DNA of 64,000 bases, taken from positions 997 through 64,996 of the IMG/VR virus record IMGVR_UViG_3300037420_002488. One strand, given 5' to 3'. The notes below the pieces were generated by a model, which was not told the origin of the DNA, searched no databases, and worked only from the letters and a program-made list of their open reading frames with translations. Both the position numbers and the translations under genes were made by a program. Source of the stretch: a virus (taxonomy: Duplodnaviria; Caudoviricetes). Shown here in pieces: positions 54,601 through 63,889 of the stretch. Within the stretch, counting starts at the first letter, position 1, and each line of letters starts with the position of its first letter.

Positions 54601-57600
54601 CATGCGCGAAGCCGCCCAGGCCTTCAGCGACAACCAGGAGCAGGCGCGTGCCAGCGCCGAGGCTGATGCCCAAGGTCAGGCCGAGCTGGATGCCGAGCGC
54701 GCCGCCATCATGGCGGAAGCTGGCCTCTCAGATGAGGGGCTGTCCGCCCTCACCGACGACGATATCCGGTATGCTGAAAGCGCCGGGACCACGGACGCCG
54801 AGCACGCGAAGAGCATGCGCGCTATGGGGTTCACCGAAGAGGAAATCGCTGATGAGCTCAAACAACGACAAGGCCCGCAAGGACGCGATCAAGAAGGTAA
54901 TGGCGCTGCCGCCCGAGAAGCGCAAGCGCCTGATGGAACTGGAAGCGCAGCACCGCGGGATGAACGAGCCCGAGGTGACGGCCGAGCAGCGCCAGCAGAT
55001 GCTGGACGAATCCAAGAAGGCACGAAGCGCCCCGGCGAAAAAGTAAAGCCGGGCGAACGCCTCAAGCGCGTCTCCGACTATTTCACGCCCGGCAACATCG
55101 TCAAGGGCTACGGCGGGCACAGCCGCGTCATCTCGTTCGACTGGGTGAAGGGAAGCCCGGGCCGGTTCAATGTCAAGGTTCAATCCGTCGTCAAGGATGG
55201 CGAAGGCTGGAAGGTCGATCCCACAGACGCCCGTGAGCGCGTGCATTCCACCCAGCCGACTGACCGCGAACTGAAGGCCGGGCCCGTCGGGCAGTGGAGC
55301 GAGCCAGCCCTGACCAGCCATACCGAGTCTGACCTGCAGGCCAAGGCCGAGCGCGAGGCCGATGGCGTGAAGGCGGAAGCCAAAGCCAAGGCGACCGATG
55401 CCGCCAAGGTGCGCCAGGCCGACGAGGCCAAGGACAACAAGGCCCGCGCCGACGCCACCGTCGAAGACTTCGAGCTGGGCAAGTCGGCTGACGAACAGAT
55501 GTCCGGCATGGGCGACATGTTCGCGGACAAGCCCGGCAAGGCCAACACCATCTTCACCGAAGACGCCGCAGCCGCGGCCCGCGCGCTGCTGCGCAAGAAG
55601 CTGGGCACACTGAACAGCGGCATTGACCCCGAGATTCTGCAAGCCGGCATCACGCTGGCGGGCTATCACATCGAGCGCGGCGCCCGCACCTTCACGGCGT
55701 ATGCAAAGGCCATGGTCGACGACCTCGGCGAGGCCATCAAGCCCTACCTGAAGTCTTGGTATATGGGGGTCAAGTACGATCCGCGCGCGTCGGGATTCGA
55801 TGGTATGAGCAGCGCCGCCGATGTGGAGGGTGCCGATATCCACGCAATCACCGACAATGCGCCACAGGAGACGAAGGCCGATGTATCAGACACCAGCGCC
55901 GATCTGGAACCAGATCGCAAAGACACAACCAGTGCAAAGCGCGTACTGGCGCAGCCTGATGGAAATGAACCAGCAGGATCTGACCAACGCGCTGGGAAAG
56001 CTGGAAAGCGAGCTGGAAGCCAAGGGAGCCGACGCGGCGACGACGCGGGCGTACCTGCTGGTGGCGCCGCTACTGCGCGAGAACGTGGCGATCAGCCGGT
56101 TTCTGGAGGCTCAACAGTCGAGCGACCTGCGCTCGTGCCTGCCGGAAGTGACGTCGATCAACGAGGCGGTGGCTTTGGCGACCGAGGAATTCCAGTTGAA
56201 ACCGTCTCAGCAGGATCAACTCGCGCAACTGCTAAAGACGGACTGGCACAAGGCGTAGCCAACCGGGCCCAGCGCCAAGCACCCAAGGGCTTCAAGGCCG
56301 CCGACCTCGACAACATCCGCGAGACACTGCCCCTGCTGCAGGGTAAGCAGCAGGAGGATGTGCACCGCGCCGAGGTGCGCTTTGCCGAGCCCGACGGCTA
56401 TGGCATTCTGTTCACAAACGGGACCGGCACGGGCAAGACCTACACAGGCATGGGCGTGGTCAAGCGCCTGGCCATGCAGGGCAAAGACGACGTGCTGATG
56501 GTGGCGCCGTCGGACAAGATCATCGAGGACTGGATCACCACCGGCAAGCGCTTCGGGCTGGACATCACCAAGCTGGCAAGCACCAGCGATTCCGGCAAGG
56601 GCCTGGTCATCACGACCTATGCCAACTTCGGCGACAACAAGACGCTGGCTGATCGCTCGTGGGATGGCGTTGTGCTTGATGAGGCGCACTACCTCATGCA
56701 GGCCGAAGACGGCAAGCCCACGCAGGCCCTGAACGCGCTGCGCGCGATCACCATGCACCCGGACGGCGCTCACACACTGCACGCCATGCGCAACCGCGCC
56801 GATCTGGCGCAGCACGATCAATTGCTCAGCGACATGCGCGCGGCCTCGAAGGTGATCGACAGCGGCGCCAGCAAGGACGAGAAGGCCACGGCCCAAGCTG
56901 CGCTGGACGAGCTCAAGCCGAAGTACGAGGCACTGCACGCCAAGCTGGAAGAGGCGCGCAAGGCCATCAAGGTAGAGGTGGGCAATGCGCAAGGCGCCGA
57001 TCGCACCCGCGTCACCTTCCTGAGCGCTACGCCATGGGCCTACGTGCCGACGGTGGACTGGGCAAACGGCTACCTGTTCGACTACAGCGAAGGCCAGCCT
57101 GCCGACGAGACCAGCCGGGGCTACAACGACGGCAGCAACCGTGAGCGCTTCTTCATGCAGCACTTCGGCTACCGGATGCGCTACAACAAGCTCACCCGGC
57201 CGGACGCCAAGGTGAACGTCGGCCTGATGGAGCGCCAGTTCAATGCCTGGCTGCGCAAGTCTGGCGCGCTGTCCGCCCGCACGCTGGATGTGGCTGCCGA
57301 CTATGACCGCCGCTTCGTGCTGGTCGAGTCCGCCATCGGTGCCCGCATCGATCAGGCGCTGAACTGGATCAGTGAACGCGCCCGCGGCAACCGGGAAGAG
57401 AACATCCCGGCCGACGAGGGAGCCCGCGCGCTGGCCAACGTCCTGGACAAGCGCTTCGACTACCTGTCGCGGCGCTATTTACTGGAAGCGATCAAGGCCG
57501 AAGAGTCGATCAAGTACGTGCGCCAGAACCTGGCCATGGGCCGCAAGGTCGTGGTGTTCCACGACTACAAGAAGGGCGGCGGCTTCAATCCGTTCGATCA

Positions 57601-60600
57601 GCCCGAACTGCCTGCAGGCGGCGATGACCTGGTGGCCGCCGAGCGCGTCGAGAAGTACAACGCCGCGTTGCGCGACTTCAAGGCCGAGTTCAAGGATCTG
57701 CTGGCGCATCCTTTCGCCACGATGGCTTCGCCGATCCAAGCCTACCAGAAGGCTTTCCCGAACGTGCTGCTGTTCAACGGCGACGTGTCGCCCAAGGACC
57801 GGCGCGCGGCCGTGGCGAAGTTCCAGACTGATGACAGCGAGCACAACCTGATCCTGGTGCAGTCGGCCGCCGGCAAGGAAGGCATCAGCCTGCACGACAC
57901 CACGGGCAAGCATCAGCGCGTGCTCTACAACCTGGGTCAGCCCACGCAACCCACCACTGCGATCCAGCAGGAGGGCCGCACCTATCGCACTGGCCAGGTG
58001 ACCAATGCCATCTTCCGCTACTTCAATACCGGCACCAACTGGGAGAAGTGGGCCTTTGCTACGACCATCGCGCAGCGCGCCAGCACGGCCGAGAACCTGG
58101 GCATGGGCGAGCAGGCGCGCGCCCTCAAGGACGCCTTCATTTCGGCATTCGAAGAGGCCGATGCCTACCCGCCTGGGCACGAGGGAGAAGGCACGGGCGG
58201 CAAGGCCCGCGACCAAGCTGCCAATGAAGCCCTGACCGAGTTCGACCGCGCAGTGTCGTTCTACTACGGCACCCAGAAGAAGAGCGCCCGCACCAAGGCC
58301 GCCGAGGGCAAGGACTACTTCGCCACGCCCGAGCCGCTGGGCCTGAAGATGGTCGAGTGGATGAACCCCCATGGTGGCGACCATGTGCTGGAGCCCAGTG
58401 CTGGGCACGGCGCCATCGCGCGCTGGCTGCCCGAGAACACCGAGCGCACGGCCGTCGAGCCGTCCACCACGCTGCGCCCGCGCCTGGCCATGGTGTTCGA
58501 CGGCAAGATCGTGGCATCGAACTTTGAAGACCTGCACATCGCCAACAAGTTCGACGGCATCGTGATGAACCCGCCATTCGGCGTGGGCGGCAAGGTGGCT
58601 ATCGAGCACCTGGACAAGGCTGCCAACCACCTGCGTGATGGCGGCCGGGTCGTGGCGCTGATCCCAACCGGGCCCGCTGCAGACAAGCGCTTCGACAAGT
58701 GGTTCCACGACGAAGAGACCCGCGCCAGCAGGCCACTGTATACCGACGAGCGCCTGGGCCCCATCCATGAGGGCGATGTCTTGACGGGCAGCAAGTCCAT
58801 CAACGGCCTGAAGATGATCGTCGGCCATGTGGACAAGCACCCTGATGGGCGACGCACGGTGCGCCCAAAAGGCGAACTGGTCAAGTCGGGCGTCTGGCTG
58901 AACTTCATCGAGTCGGTGCAGCCCGGGCCGCGATCGGAGACCTACCGACCGGCCGAAGGCCTGCACATGGTGGCCGACATCAAACTGCCGCAGGTGGCAT
59001 TTGAGCGCGCAGGCACGTCAGTGGCCTCGCACGTCGTCGTGCTGGAGAAGCTGGCCAGCGGCACCGAGCCGCCCGTGACGCGTCACATCGACCTGTCGGA
59101 CGCCAAGGACATTCAAGAGCTGTTCGAGCGCATCCGCGACTTGTCCTTGCCGCCTCGCTTGAAGCCCGAAACCCAGGAGGGCAGCGCCGATGCCGATCCC
59201 GTGGCCACGACCTTGAAGAGCGCGGTCAAGCCGTCAAAGACTCAGATTGCCGAGTTCGGCCAGGCGCTGGCCGAGAAGCACGGCATGACCATTGCCGAGC
59301 ACACGACGGGCAAGGGCAAGGTGTTGAAGGGCGTGGTGAAATCCGACATCACGCAGGCCCAGGCCAAGGCGGCCGACGCCTACACGTTCAAGAAGGACGG
59401 CGGCTGGTTCATCCGTGCCGAGCACGTTCCCGCGATGCTGGGCGAAGAGATGCCCGCGTTTTCACTTCCGCCCAGTGCCAACGGCCGTGCCGTCGGGAAG
59501 GACGGTAAGGTGCTCACGATTGGCAAGCTGAAAGCTGATCAGTTCGTCTCGCGCATCGCCAGCAACTGGAAGGGGCTGACCCGCACCAACATCGTGGTTG
59601 TCGACTCGTTCGCCGGGCTGCCGCTGGAGATCATCCACCACGGCCTGCGCAGTGGGGGCGTAAAAACGCTTCAGGAAATCCAAGGGGTTGCGCATAACGG
59701 CAAGGTCTATTTGGTGGCCAACACGATCGCCGATGAAAACGAGTTGCAGACAGCGCTCTTTCACGAGGCCTTCGGTCACCTTGGCGTCAATGCCGTGATG
59801 GGTGCCCGCACGGTCGGCACGCTGTCGTCGCTCATGGATTCTATGGGTGGTTTAAAGGCCATCGAGGTCATGGCCCGGAAAATTCGGACATCCGACACCG
59901 AAACGGTTTGGGATCGCCTGCAGCCCTACATCCGCAACCTTGGCGATCAGGTCGATTCGAAGATGGGGCGCGCCGTGATCGCCGACGAGTTCCTGGCCTT
60001 CGCCGCCCAGGTCAACGACCAGTCGGTGCTGGCCAAATTCAAGGGGTACCTCTCGGATGCGAAGGCGGGCATGGCGCGCTTCGCCCGTGCTGCTGGCCTG
60101 AAGGGGCTGGCCGCGCGCCTGGAGCGAATGACCGATGGCGACGTCGCGGCCTTCGTGCGCGACGCCCGTCGCGCCATCGTCACCGGCCAGGCCCCGCGCA
60201 GCGGCCGGTATGTGATCGCGCGCGCTGATGGCGACAGCATGCCGTCAGCGCACAGCTTGCGCGCGGCCGTAGCCACGTCGCCCGCCGACGGCGCCACCCT
60301 GAAGCCATCGAGCGGCATCCTCGACACGATCTTGCGCAAGGCTGGCGGCACTGTGGTGGCGCGCCTGACCTCGCCAGGCTACACGCGCTTGATCAGCATG
60401 ATGGACCGGGCGCTGGAGTCCTACGGCGGCAAGGCCTACGACTATGCCAAGTCGGGCCTGGTGTCCGATCGCGGCCTGAGCGAGCCGTATATTGAAGCCC
60501 GCGCGGACATGCGCACGGCCATCCGCCGCGGCGCGCGCGAGACCAAGACCATCATCGACAACCTGCAGAGCCTGGACCGCGCTCAGTCACGTATCGCCTA

Positions 60601-62965
60601 CCTGTGGATGAGCGAGAAGCCCGACACCGAGCAAGAGCGCGCCTTGCTGGCCGAGCTGCCGGAAGACAGCCGCACCGTGCTGCTGCAGCTCAAGGACCGC
60701 ATTGAGCAACTGAGCCGCGAGGCCGTCGACCTTGGCCTAATCTCTCAGGACACCTACGAGCGCAACTCGATGGCCTACCTGCACCGCAGCTACAAGCGCT
60801 ACGAGGTCAGCGACGACAAGGCCAAGGTCGTGCGTACGCGCGCCATCAAGATCCTGGGCGACCAGTTCAAGGGGCGCGGCATGCGCGACGACGTGCCCAT
60901 GAGCAGGATCCAGCAGTCAGACTGGTGGGCCCGCAAGGAAGCCCGGGGCAAGGCCGACGACAGCCTGAAGGGTGAGAAGTTCATCCGGCTGGAGCGCCGC
61001 GAGATGCCCGACACCAGCACGGCCGAGCTATTCGAAGAAGGCAAGCCCCGGCCATTGGGGCGCCTTCTCGAGGTGGCCTATTGGCCGGCCAGCGAGGCAC
61101 TGCCATCGAAGTATGCCGACTGGCGCCAGGATGGAACCTGGGAGGCGCGCTTCTTCAACAAGCCCGGCAAGGTGGGCATGTGGCGCGACTTCACGCTGGC
61201 TGAGCGCACGGCCATGGGCGAAATCCAGGAGGTGCGCTACAGCACCGCCAAGACCATGCTGCAGATGACGCGCGACGTCGAGACGGCCCGCCTGCTCGAC
61301 TGGGTGGCCCGCCGCGAATCGCGCCTGCTCGAAGACCAGATCCCCGACGGCCACACCGTGGTGCCCGCCAAGGAAAGCATGCTGCGGTCCTACCTGCCCG
61401 ACGAGTGGGTGCAGGTGCCTGATGCAGGCATCCCTGGCACAGGCGGCCTCAAGCGCTTCGGCAACCTGGCTGGCCGCTTCGTGCCGGGCCCGGTCTGGAA
61501 TGACCTTAGGCAGCTTTCGGGCATGACCGACCGCGGCGATGTGGCCAAGATGTACGACCAGGTGATGAAGGTCTGGAAAATCTCCAAGACCGCCCTGAGC
61601 CCGACCACGCACGTCAACAACGTGATGTCGAACTTCATCTTTGCCGATGCTCACGACGTGCAGGCCAGCCACATCCTGGCCGCCCTGAAGGCTTGGGCCT
61701 CGCACAAGAAGGACAAGCAGGCAGCCGATCTCATTGCCGACTACCAAGACAACGGCGGCGACGGCGGCAAGTTCAACGACGCCGAGCTGCGCGAAGATGT
61801 CATGGGCGAGATGATCGCCGAGCTGGAGCGCGAGGTGGGGAAGGGCAGCCCCACGGCGGCCGTCACCGCGGCGCAGGTGGTCGATCTGGTGCGGCACAAG
61901 GAATTCCGCCAGGCCTTCGCGGCCATTGGCCAGACCAAGACCGCAGGCGTGCTCAAGAAGCCCGCCCAGCAGCTGATCAAGCTGTACGGCCACGAGGACG
62001 AGTTGTTCCGCCTTGCCGCCTTCATCAAGGCCAAAGAGGACGGCCTGACCAGCCGGGCCGCTGGCAAGTTTGCCCACGAGTCGTTCTTGAACTACGACAT
62101 CAACGCGCCCTGGGTGCAGGCCGCCCGTCGGTCTTTCTTTCCGTTCGTGTCGTTCACCTACCGTGCTGTGCCCATGCTGCTGCGCACCTTCGCCGACAAG
62201 CCATGGAAGCTGGCCAAGTACGCCGCAGTGGCGGGCGCCCTGAACGCGCTGGCCTACGGCATGCTGGGCGGCGGTGGCGACGAGGACAAAGAGCGGGCCC
62301 TGCTGCCGGACGAGAAGGCCGGGAAAATTTGGGGCATCTTCCCCAAGCTGATGCGCATGCCCTGGAATGACAGCCACGACTCGCCTGTGTTCCTGGATGT
62401 GCGCCGCTGGATTCCGGCCGGTGACGTGGTGGACATGGGCCAGCAGCACACGGCGCTGCCGGTGCCGTCACCCCTGATGCCCGGCGGGCCGCTGGTGATC
62501 CTGGCCGAGTTGGTGATGAACCGCTCGACCTTCACGGGCAAGGACATCACCAAGGAGACAGACACCCTGGCAGAGAAGTACGGCAAGGTGGGCGACTACC
62601 TGTGGAAGGCCGCGGCACCGAACTTCCCCGGCATCCCAGGCACCTATGCAACCGACTCGATCATGGGTGCAGGCAGCGGCAAGACGGATCCATTCGGTCG
62701 GGAGCAGTCGCTTGGCCAGGCGACCCTGTCATCCGTGGGGGTCAAGCTGGGCAGCTACCCGATCGACGTTCTCACCCAGAACGCCGCCAGAGACGCCAAC
62801 GCCAAGGTGGCCGAACTGCGAAGGGCGATCAAGGCCGACGGCCGCCAACTGGGGCGGAAGGGCATCAGCCGCGAAGAGTTTGACGAGCGAACTGATCGCA
62901 ACAGGGACAAGATCAGCAAGATCAACCGAGGCCTGAGCGAGAAGCTGAAGCAGGGCGAACAGTGA
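51692..62965 (+). CDS. 3757-aa DarB-like polyvalent internal virion protein
   Basis: InPase-like (~53680-54100, GNYKLGH..ENPEGS..DGDKLDVF..DEHKV), SF2 helicase (GTGTGKT 56421, DEAH 56678, QQEGR 57965), N6-MTase (EPSAGHG, NPPF 58568), HEAFGH zincin motif (59762), LPD-like C-terminus. Confidence 0.88.
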   Translation: MPSGLSDASPRYVPLDEQDASQAVVQPPKREELVRPKGYMDFVARNKAAAPAPAPPSLTEKFVGGAKDLASTVGDGLSSAAGWAKSQLQPEHMDLSNAAAQTYPPMGNNADVGQGPQGFERVGMAPLNAAKPENGAPAPVDAGRFKAIKAELGAMPRAERLKVGEDLKGWQAEAVKVANAQLDQEQQGMESLGMNAVSPTLEGRAAHYTSQGADGPTAMALAKRDMGMGAAGDVLRSAEPPTAKGNEAGNLATDTAVSLAKGVNSVGTTTLRLADILTPGNSGDEDTMKAATLGKALDFFQDRDRELDGLLSTKAKEAQQAVSQANGFFSAAGKALSTRSGFLMAAESLPSSIAAGGFAIKASERIMATKLAQAGVQRISQNAASNVLARGGSAEAAKIAAERATAIAHTATASAMMAAADFAMDGTQAYDDVMSEVSHMRESSFDNSPMYKELRASGLDHATAARTVAKEAAARAFLYGGAMSALVSPLGAGVEMRAAGKALGMANVKAAGSGSTARTFLASLVNPESLPAVVAIESLQEGLQSGGPQAGQNLAVRQTADSTKSLSDGVAAAAGAGAATGGIMGGGMHMVAGGDHAAPAAVPDAGRVPGQRAEPVLAPAKHDDGPISADEVLGAVQPKPATPVDAAAHEAATSPTNDRPEPTQAQKEAGNYKLGHTRIAGLDIKIENPEGSTRKGVGEDGKPWETTMQAHYGYIAGTEAKDGDKLDVFVKPGTPEDWHGAAYVVDQVDPKTGQLDEHKVIFGAADQAEAEQIYRSNYSSDWQGMGAITRLPMPAFKAWAKSGRLDEPLGDISARTQQSVKATPEQAATTQPEAPAVEVAAPDVGASSDATPAAGARAADPARPKARPPQLDPEHDTMLQALAKLGGIRRDTVASEFGLKPEELQHAVSTGKLKGYPFRKTGGMDMDQALTAMSEAGYFDGVPEDQHRAVFEQAIHDELGGRPRLTTHGRMREAAQAFSDNQEQARASAEADAQGQAELDAERAAIMAEAGLSDEGLSALTDDDIRYAESAGTTDAEHAKSMRAMGFTEEEIADELKQRQGPQGRDQEGNGAAAREAQAPDGTGSAAPRDERARGDGRAAPADAGRIQEGTKRPGEKVKPGERLKRVSDYFTPGNIVKGYGGHSRVISFDWVKGSPGRFNVKVQSVVKDGEGWKVDPTDARERVHSTQPTDRELKAGPVGQWSEPALTSHTESDLQAKAEREADGVKAEAKAKATDAAKVRQADEAKDNKARADATVEDFELGKSADEQMSGMGDMFADKPGKANTIFTEDAAAAARALLRKKLGTLNSGIDPEILQAGITLAGYHIERGARTFTAYAKAMVDDLGEAIKPYLKSWYMGVKYDPRASGFDGMSSAADVEGADIHAITDNAPQETKADVSDTSADLEPDRKDTTSAKRVLAQPDGNEPAGSDQRAGKAGKRAGSQGSRRGDDAGVPAGGAATARERGDQPVSGGSTVERPALVPAGSDVDQRGGGFGDRGIPVETVSAGSTRATAKDGLAQGVANRAQRQAPKGFKAADLDNIRETLPLLQGKQQEDVHRAEVRFAEPDGYGILFTNGTGTGKTYTGMGVVKRLAMQGKDDVLMVAPSDKIIEDWITTGKRFGLDITKLASTSDSGKGLVITTYANFGDNKTLADRSWDGVVLDEAHYLMQAEDGKPTQALNALRAITMHPDGAHTLHAMRNRADLAQHDQLLSDMRAASKVIDSGASKDEKATAQAALDELKPKYEALHAKLEEARKAIKVEVGNAQGADRTRVTFLSATPWAYVPTVDWANGYLFDYSEGQPADETSRGYNDGSNRERFFMQHFGYRMRYNKLTRPDAKVNVGLMERQFNAWLRKSGALSARTLDVAADYDRRFVLVESAIGARIDQALNWISERARGNREENIPADEGARALANVLDKRFDYLSRRYLLEAIKAEESIKYVRQNLAMGRKVVVFHDYKKGGGFNPFDQPELPAGGDDLVAAERVEKYNAALRDFKAEFKDLLAHPFATMASPIQAYQKAFPNVLLFNGDVSPKDRRAAVAKFQTDDSEHNLILVQSAAGKEGISLHDTTGKHQRVLYNLGQPTQPTTAIQQEGRTYRTGQVTNAIFRYFNTGTNWEKWAFATTIAQRASTAENLGMGEQARALKDAFISAFEEADAYPPGHEGEGTGGKARDQAANEALTEFDRAVSFYYGTQKKSARTKAAEGKDYFATPEPLGLKMVEWMNPHGGDHVLEPSAGHGAIARWLPENTERTAVEPSTTLRPRLAMVFDGKIVASNFEDLHIANKFDGIVMNPPFGVGGKVAIEHLDKAANHLRDGGRVVALIPTGPAADKRFDKWFHDEETRASRPLYTDERLGPIHEGDVLTGSKSINGLKMIVGHVDKHPDGRRTVRPKGELVKSGVWLNFIESVQPGPRSETYRPAEGLHMVADIKLPQVAFERAGTSVASHVVVLEKLASGTEPPVTRHIDLSDAKDIQELFERIRDLSLPPRLKPETQEGSADADPVATTLKSAVKPSKTQIAEFGQALAEKHGMTIAEHTTGKGKVLKGVVKSDITQAQAKAADAYTFKKDGGWFIRAEHVPAMLGEEMPAFSLPPSANGRAVGKDGKVLTIGKLKADQFVSRIASNWKGLTRTNIVVVDSFAGLPLEIIHHGLRSGGVKTLQEIQGVAHNGKVYLVANTIADENELQTALFHEAFGHLGVNAVMGARTVGTLSSLMDSMGGLKAIEVMARKIRTSDTETVWDRLQPYIRNLGDQVDSKMGRAVIADEFLAFAAQVNDQSVLAKFKGYLSDAKAGMARFARAAGLKGLAARLERMTDGDVAAFVRDARRAIVTGQAPRSGRYVIARADGDSMPSAHSLRAAVATSPADGATLKPSSGILDTILRKAGGTVVARLTSPGYTRLISMMDRALESYGGKAYDYAKSGLVSDRGLSEPYIEARADMRTAIRRGARETKTIIDNLQSLDRAQSRIAYLWMSEKPDTEQERALLAELPEDSRTVLLQLKDRIEQLSREAVDLGLISQDTYERNSMAYLHRSYKRYEVSDDKAKVVRTRAIKILGDQFKGRGMRDDVPMSRIQQSDWWARKEARGKADDSLKGEKFIRLERREMPDTSTAELFEEGKPRPLGRLLEVAYWPASEALPSKYADWRQDGTWEARFFNKPGKVGMWRDFTLAERTAMGEIQEVRYSTAKTMLQMTRDVETARLLDWVARRESRLLEDQIPDGHTVVPAKESMLRSYLPDEWVQVPDAGIPGTGGLKRFGNLAGRFVPGPVWNDLRQLSGMTDRGDVAKMYDQVMKVWKISKTALSPTTHVNNVMSNFIFADAHDVQASHILAALKAWASHKKDKQAADLIADYQDNGGDGGKFNDAELREDVMGEMIAELEREVGKGSPTAAVTAAQVVDLVRHKEFRQAFAAIGQTKTAGVLKKPAQQLIKLYGHEDELFRLAAFIKAKEDGLTSRAAGKFAHESFLNYDINAPWVQAARRSFFPFVSFTYRAVPMLLRTFADKPWKLAKYAAVAGALNALAYGMLGGGGDEDKERALLPDEKAGKIWGIFPKLMRMPWNDSHDSPVFLDVRRWIPAGDVVDMGQQHTALPVPSPLMPGGPLVILAELVMNRSTFTGKDITKETDTLAEKYGKVGDYLWKAAAPNFPGIPGTYATDSIMGAGSGKTDPFGREQSLGQATLSSVGVKLGSYPIDVLTQNAARDANAKVAELRRAIKADGRQLGRKGISREEFDERTDRNRDKISKINRGLSEKLKQGEQ
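54852..55046 (+). CDS. Nested +1-frame gene, 64 aa
   Basis: GAGGA RBS, ATG, TAA; hand count 56/64 codons end in G/C versus about 24/64 in the host frame. Confidence 0.7.
   Translation: MSSNNDKARKDAIKKVMALPPEKRKRLMELEAQHRGMNEPEVTAEQRQQMLDESKKARSAPAKK
55881..56258 (+). CDS. Nested +1-frame gene, 125 aa
   Basis: AGGAG 10 nt upstream, ATG, TAG; typical CTG/GCG/GAG codons, amphipathic helices; host frame reads as disordered G/A/R/D. Confidence 0.75.
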   Translation: MYQTPAPIWNQIAKTQPVQSAYWRSLMEMNQQDLTNALGKLESELEAKGADAATTRAYLLVAPLLRENVAISRFLEAQQSSDLRSCLPEVTSINEAVALATEEFQLKPSQQDQLAQLLKTDWHKA

Positions 62966-63000
62966 TGCGGTAGGTCAAGCGCGGTGCTATCGTGGGCGCC

Positions 63001-63732
63001 ATGTGTAACCTATATAACATGACGCCGAAGAACGACTTTGAGGTGTACTGGCGGCGAGTTGCGCGGCAGCCGCTGCGCTTGGCCGACTATGGTGCGCGCA
63101 CGGTTGGGCCGTTCGGGCAGGGTGTTTTCCTGCGGCCTGGCCCCGATAGCGATGTGATCGGGCAGCTCGGTCAGTGGGCGATGATCCGCCCAGGCAGCCC
63201 GCCGCCGAAGCCGGGCGAGAAGCGCTACAACACCAACAATGCCCGGATCGAGTCGATCACCGACAAGCCAACCTATCGGCAGGCCTGGGCCGCTGGCCGC
63301 CGTTGTTTGATCCCGGCCGATTGGTATGCCGAGCCCAACTGGGAGACCGGCAAGAATATCTGGTGGCACCTCAAGCGTGCCGACGGCCTGCCGTGGATGC
63401 TGGCCGGGCTATGGGATGAATGGACGGATCGCGACACAGGCGAGGTGGTGCCAAACTTCACCATGCTCACCGTGAACTGCGATGGGCACCTGCTGCTGGC
63501 CAGGCTGCACAAGCCCGAGCGGGACAAGGCGGGCGCGGTGCTGCCTGCCGACCAGCAGGACAAGCGCTCGCTGGTACACATCGACCCGGCCGACTGGGAC
63601 CGGTGGCTGCATGGCAGCGAGGCCGATGCGCGGGAACTGCTAACCCCCCAGTCCAGCGAAAAGTTCGATCAAGCCGACGCACGTCGCACCGACGCGATCC
63701 TGGCCACGCTTGAGCCGCCCGGCCTGTTCTAA
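63001..63732 (+). CDS. SOS response-associated peptidase (SRAP/HMCES family)
   Basis: M-CNLY with N-terminal Cys, NNARIES, RRCLIPADWYAEP, FTMLT..HPLL-like, LARLHKP. Confidence 0.9.
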   Translation: MCNLYNMTPKNDFEVYWRRVARQPLRLADYGARTVGPFGQGVFLRPGPDSDVIGQLGQWAMIRPGSPPPKPGEKRYNTNNARIESITDKPTYRQAWAAGRRCLIPADWYAEPNWETGKNIWWHLKRADGLPWMLAGLWDEWTDRDTGEVVPNFTMLTVNCDGHLLLARLHKPERDKAGAVLPADQQDKRSLVHIDPADWDRWLHGSEADARELLTPQSSEKFDQADARRTDAILATLEPPGLF

Positions 63733-63739
63733 TGCCGCC

Positions 63740-63835
63740 ATGAACCCACGCACCGTTTTTTTTCGCGCTGGCCTGTTTCTCATGGCCGCATTGCTGTTGC
63801 GCTTCCTGATCGACTTCTTGACTTCGCGCACCTGA
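63740..63835 (+). CDS. 31-aa hydrophobic peptide
   Basis: MNPRTVFFRAGLFLMAALLLRFLIDFLTSRT; no clear RBS. Confidence 0.35.
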   Translation: MNPRTVFFRAGLFLMAALLLRFLIDFLTSRT

Positions 63836-63851
63836 ATGCCGTGCACCAAAG

Positions 63852-63877
63852 AAAAAGGCCCCGGTTTCCCGGGGCCT
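63852..63877 (-). terminator. Intrinsic terminator for a minus-strand transcript
   Basis: On the minus strand AGGCCCCGG-GAAA-CCGGGGCCT-TTTT. Confidence 0.8.
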
Positions 63878-63889
63878 GCTCATTTCGTA

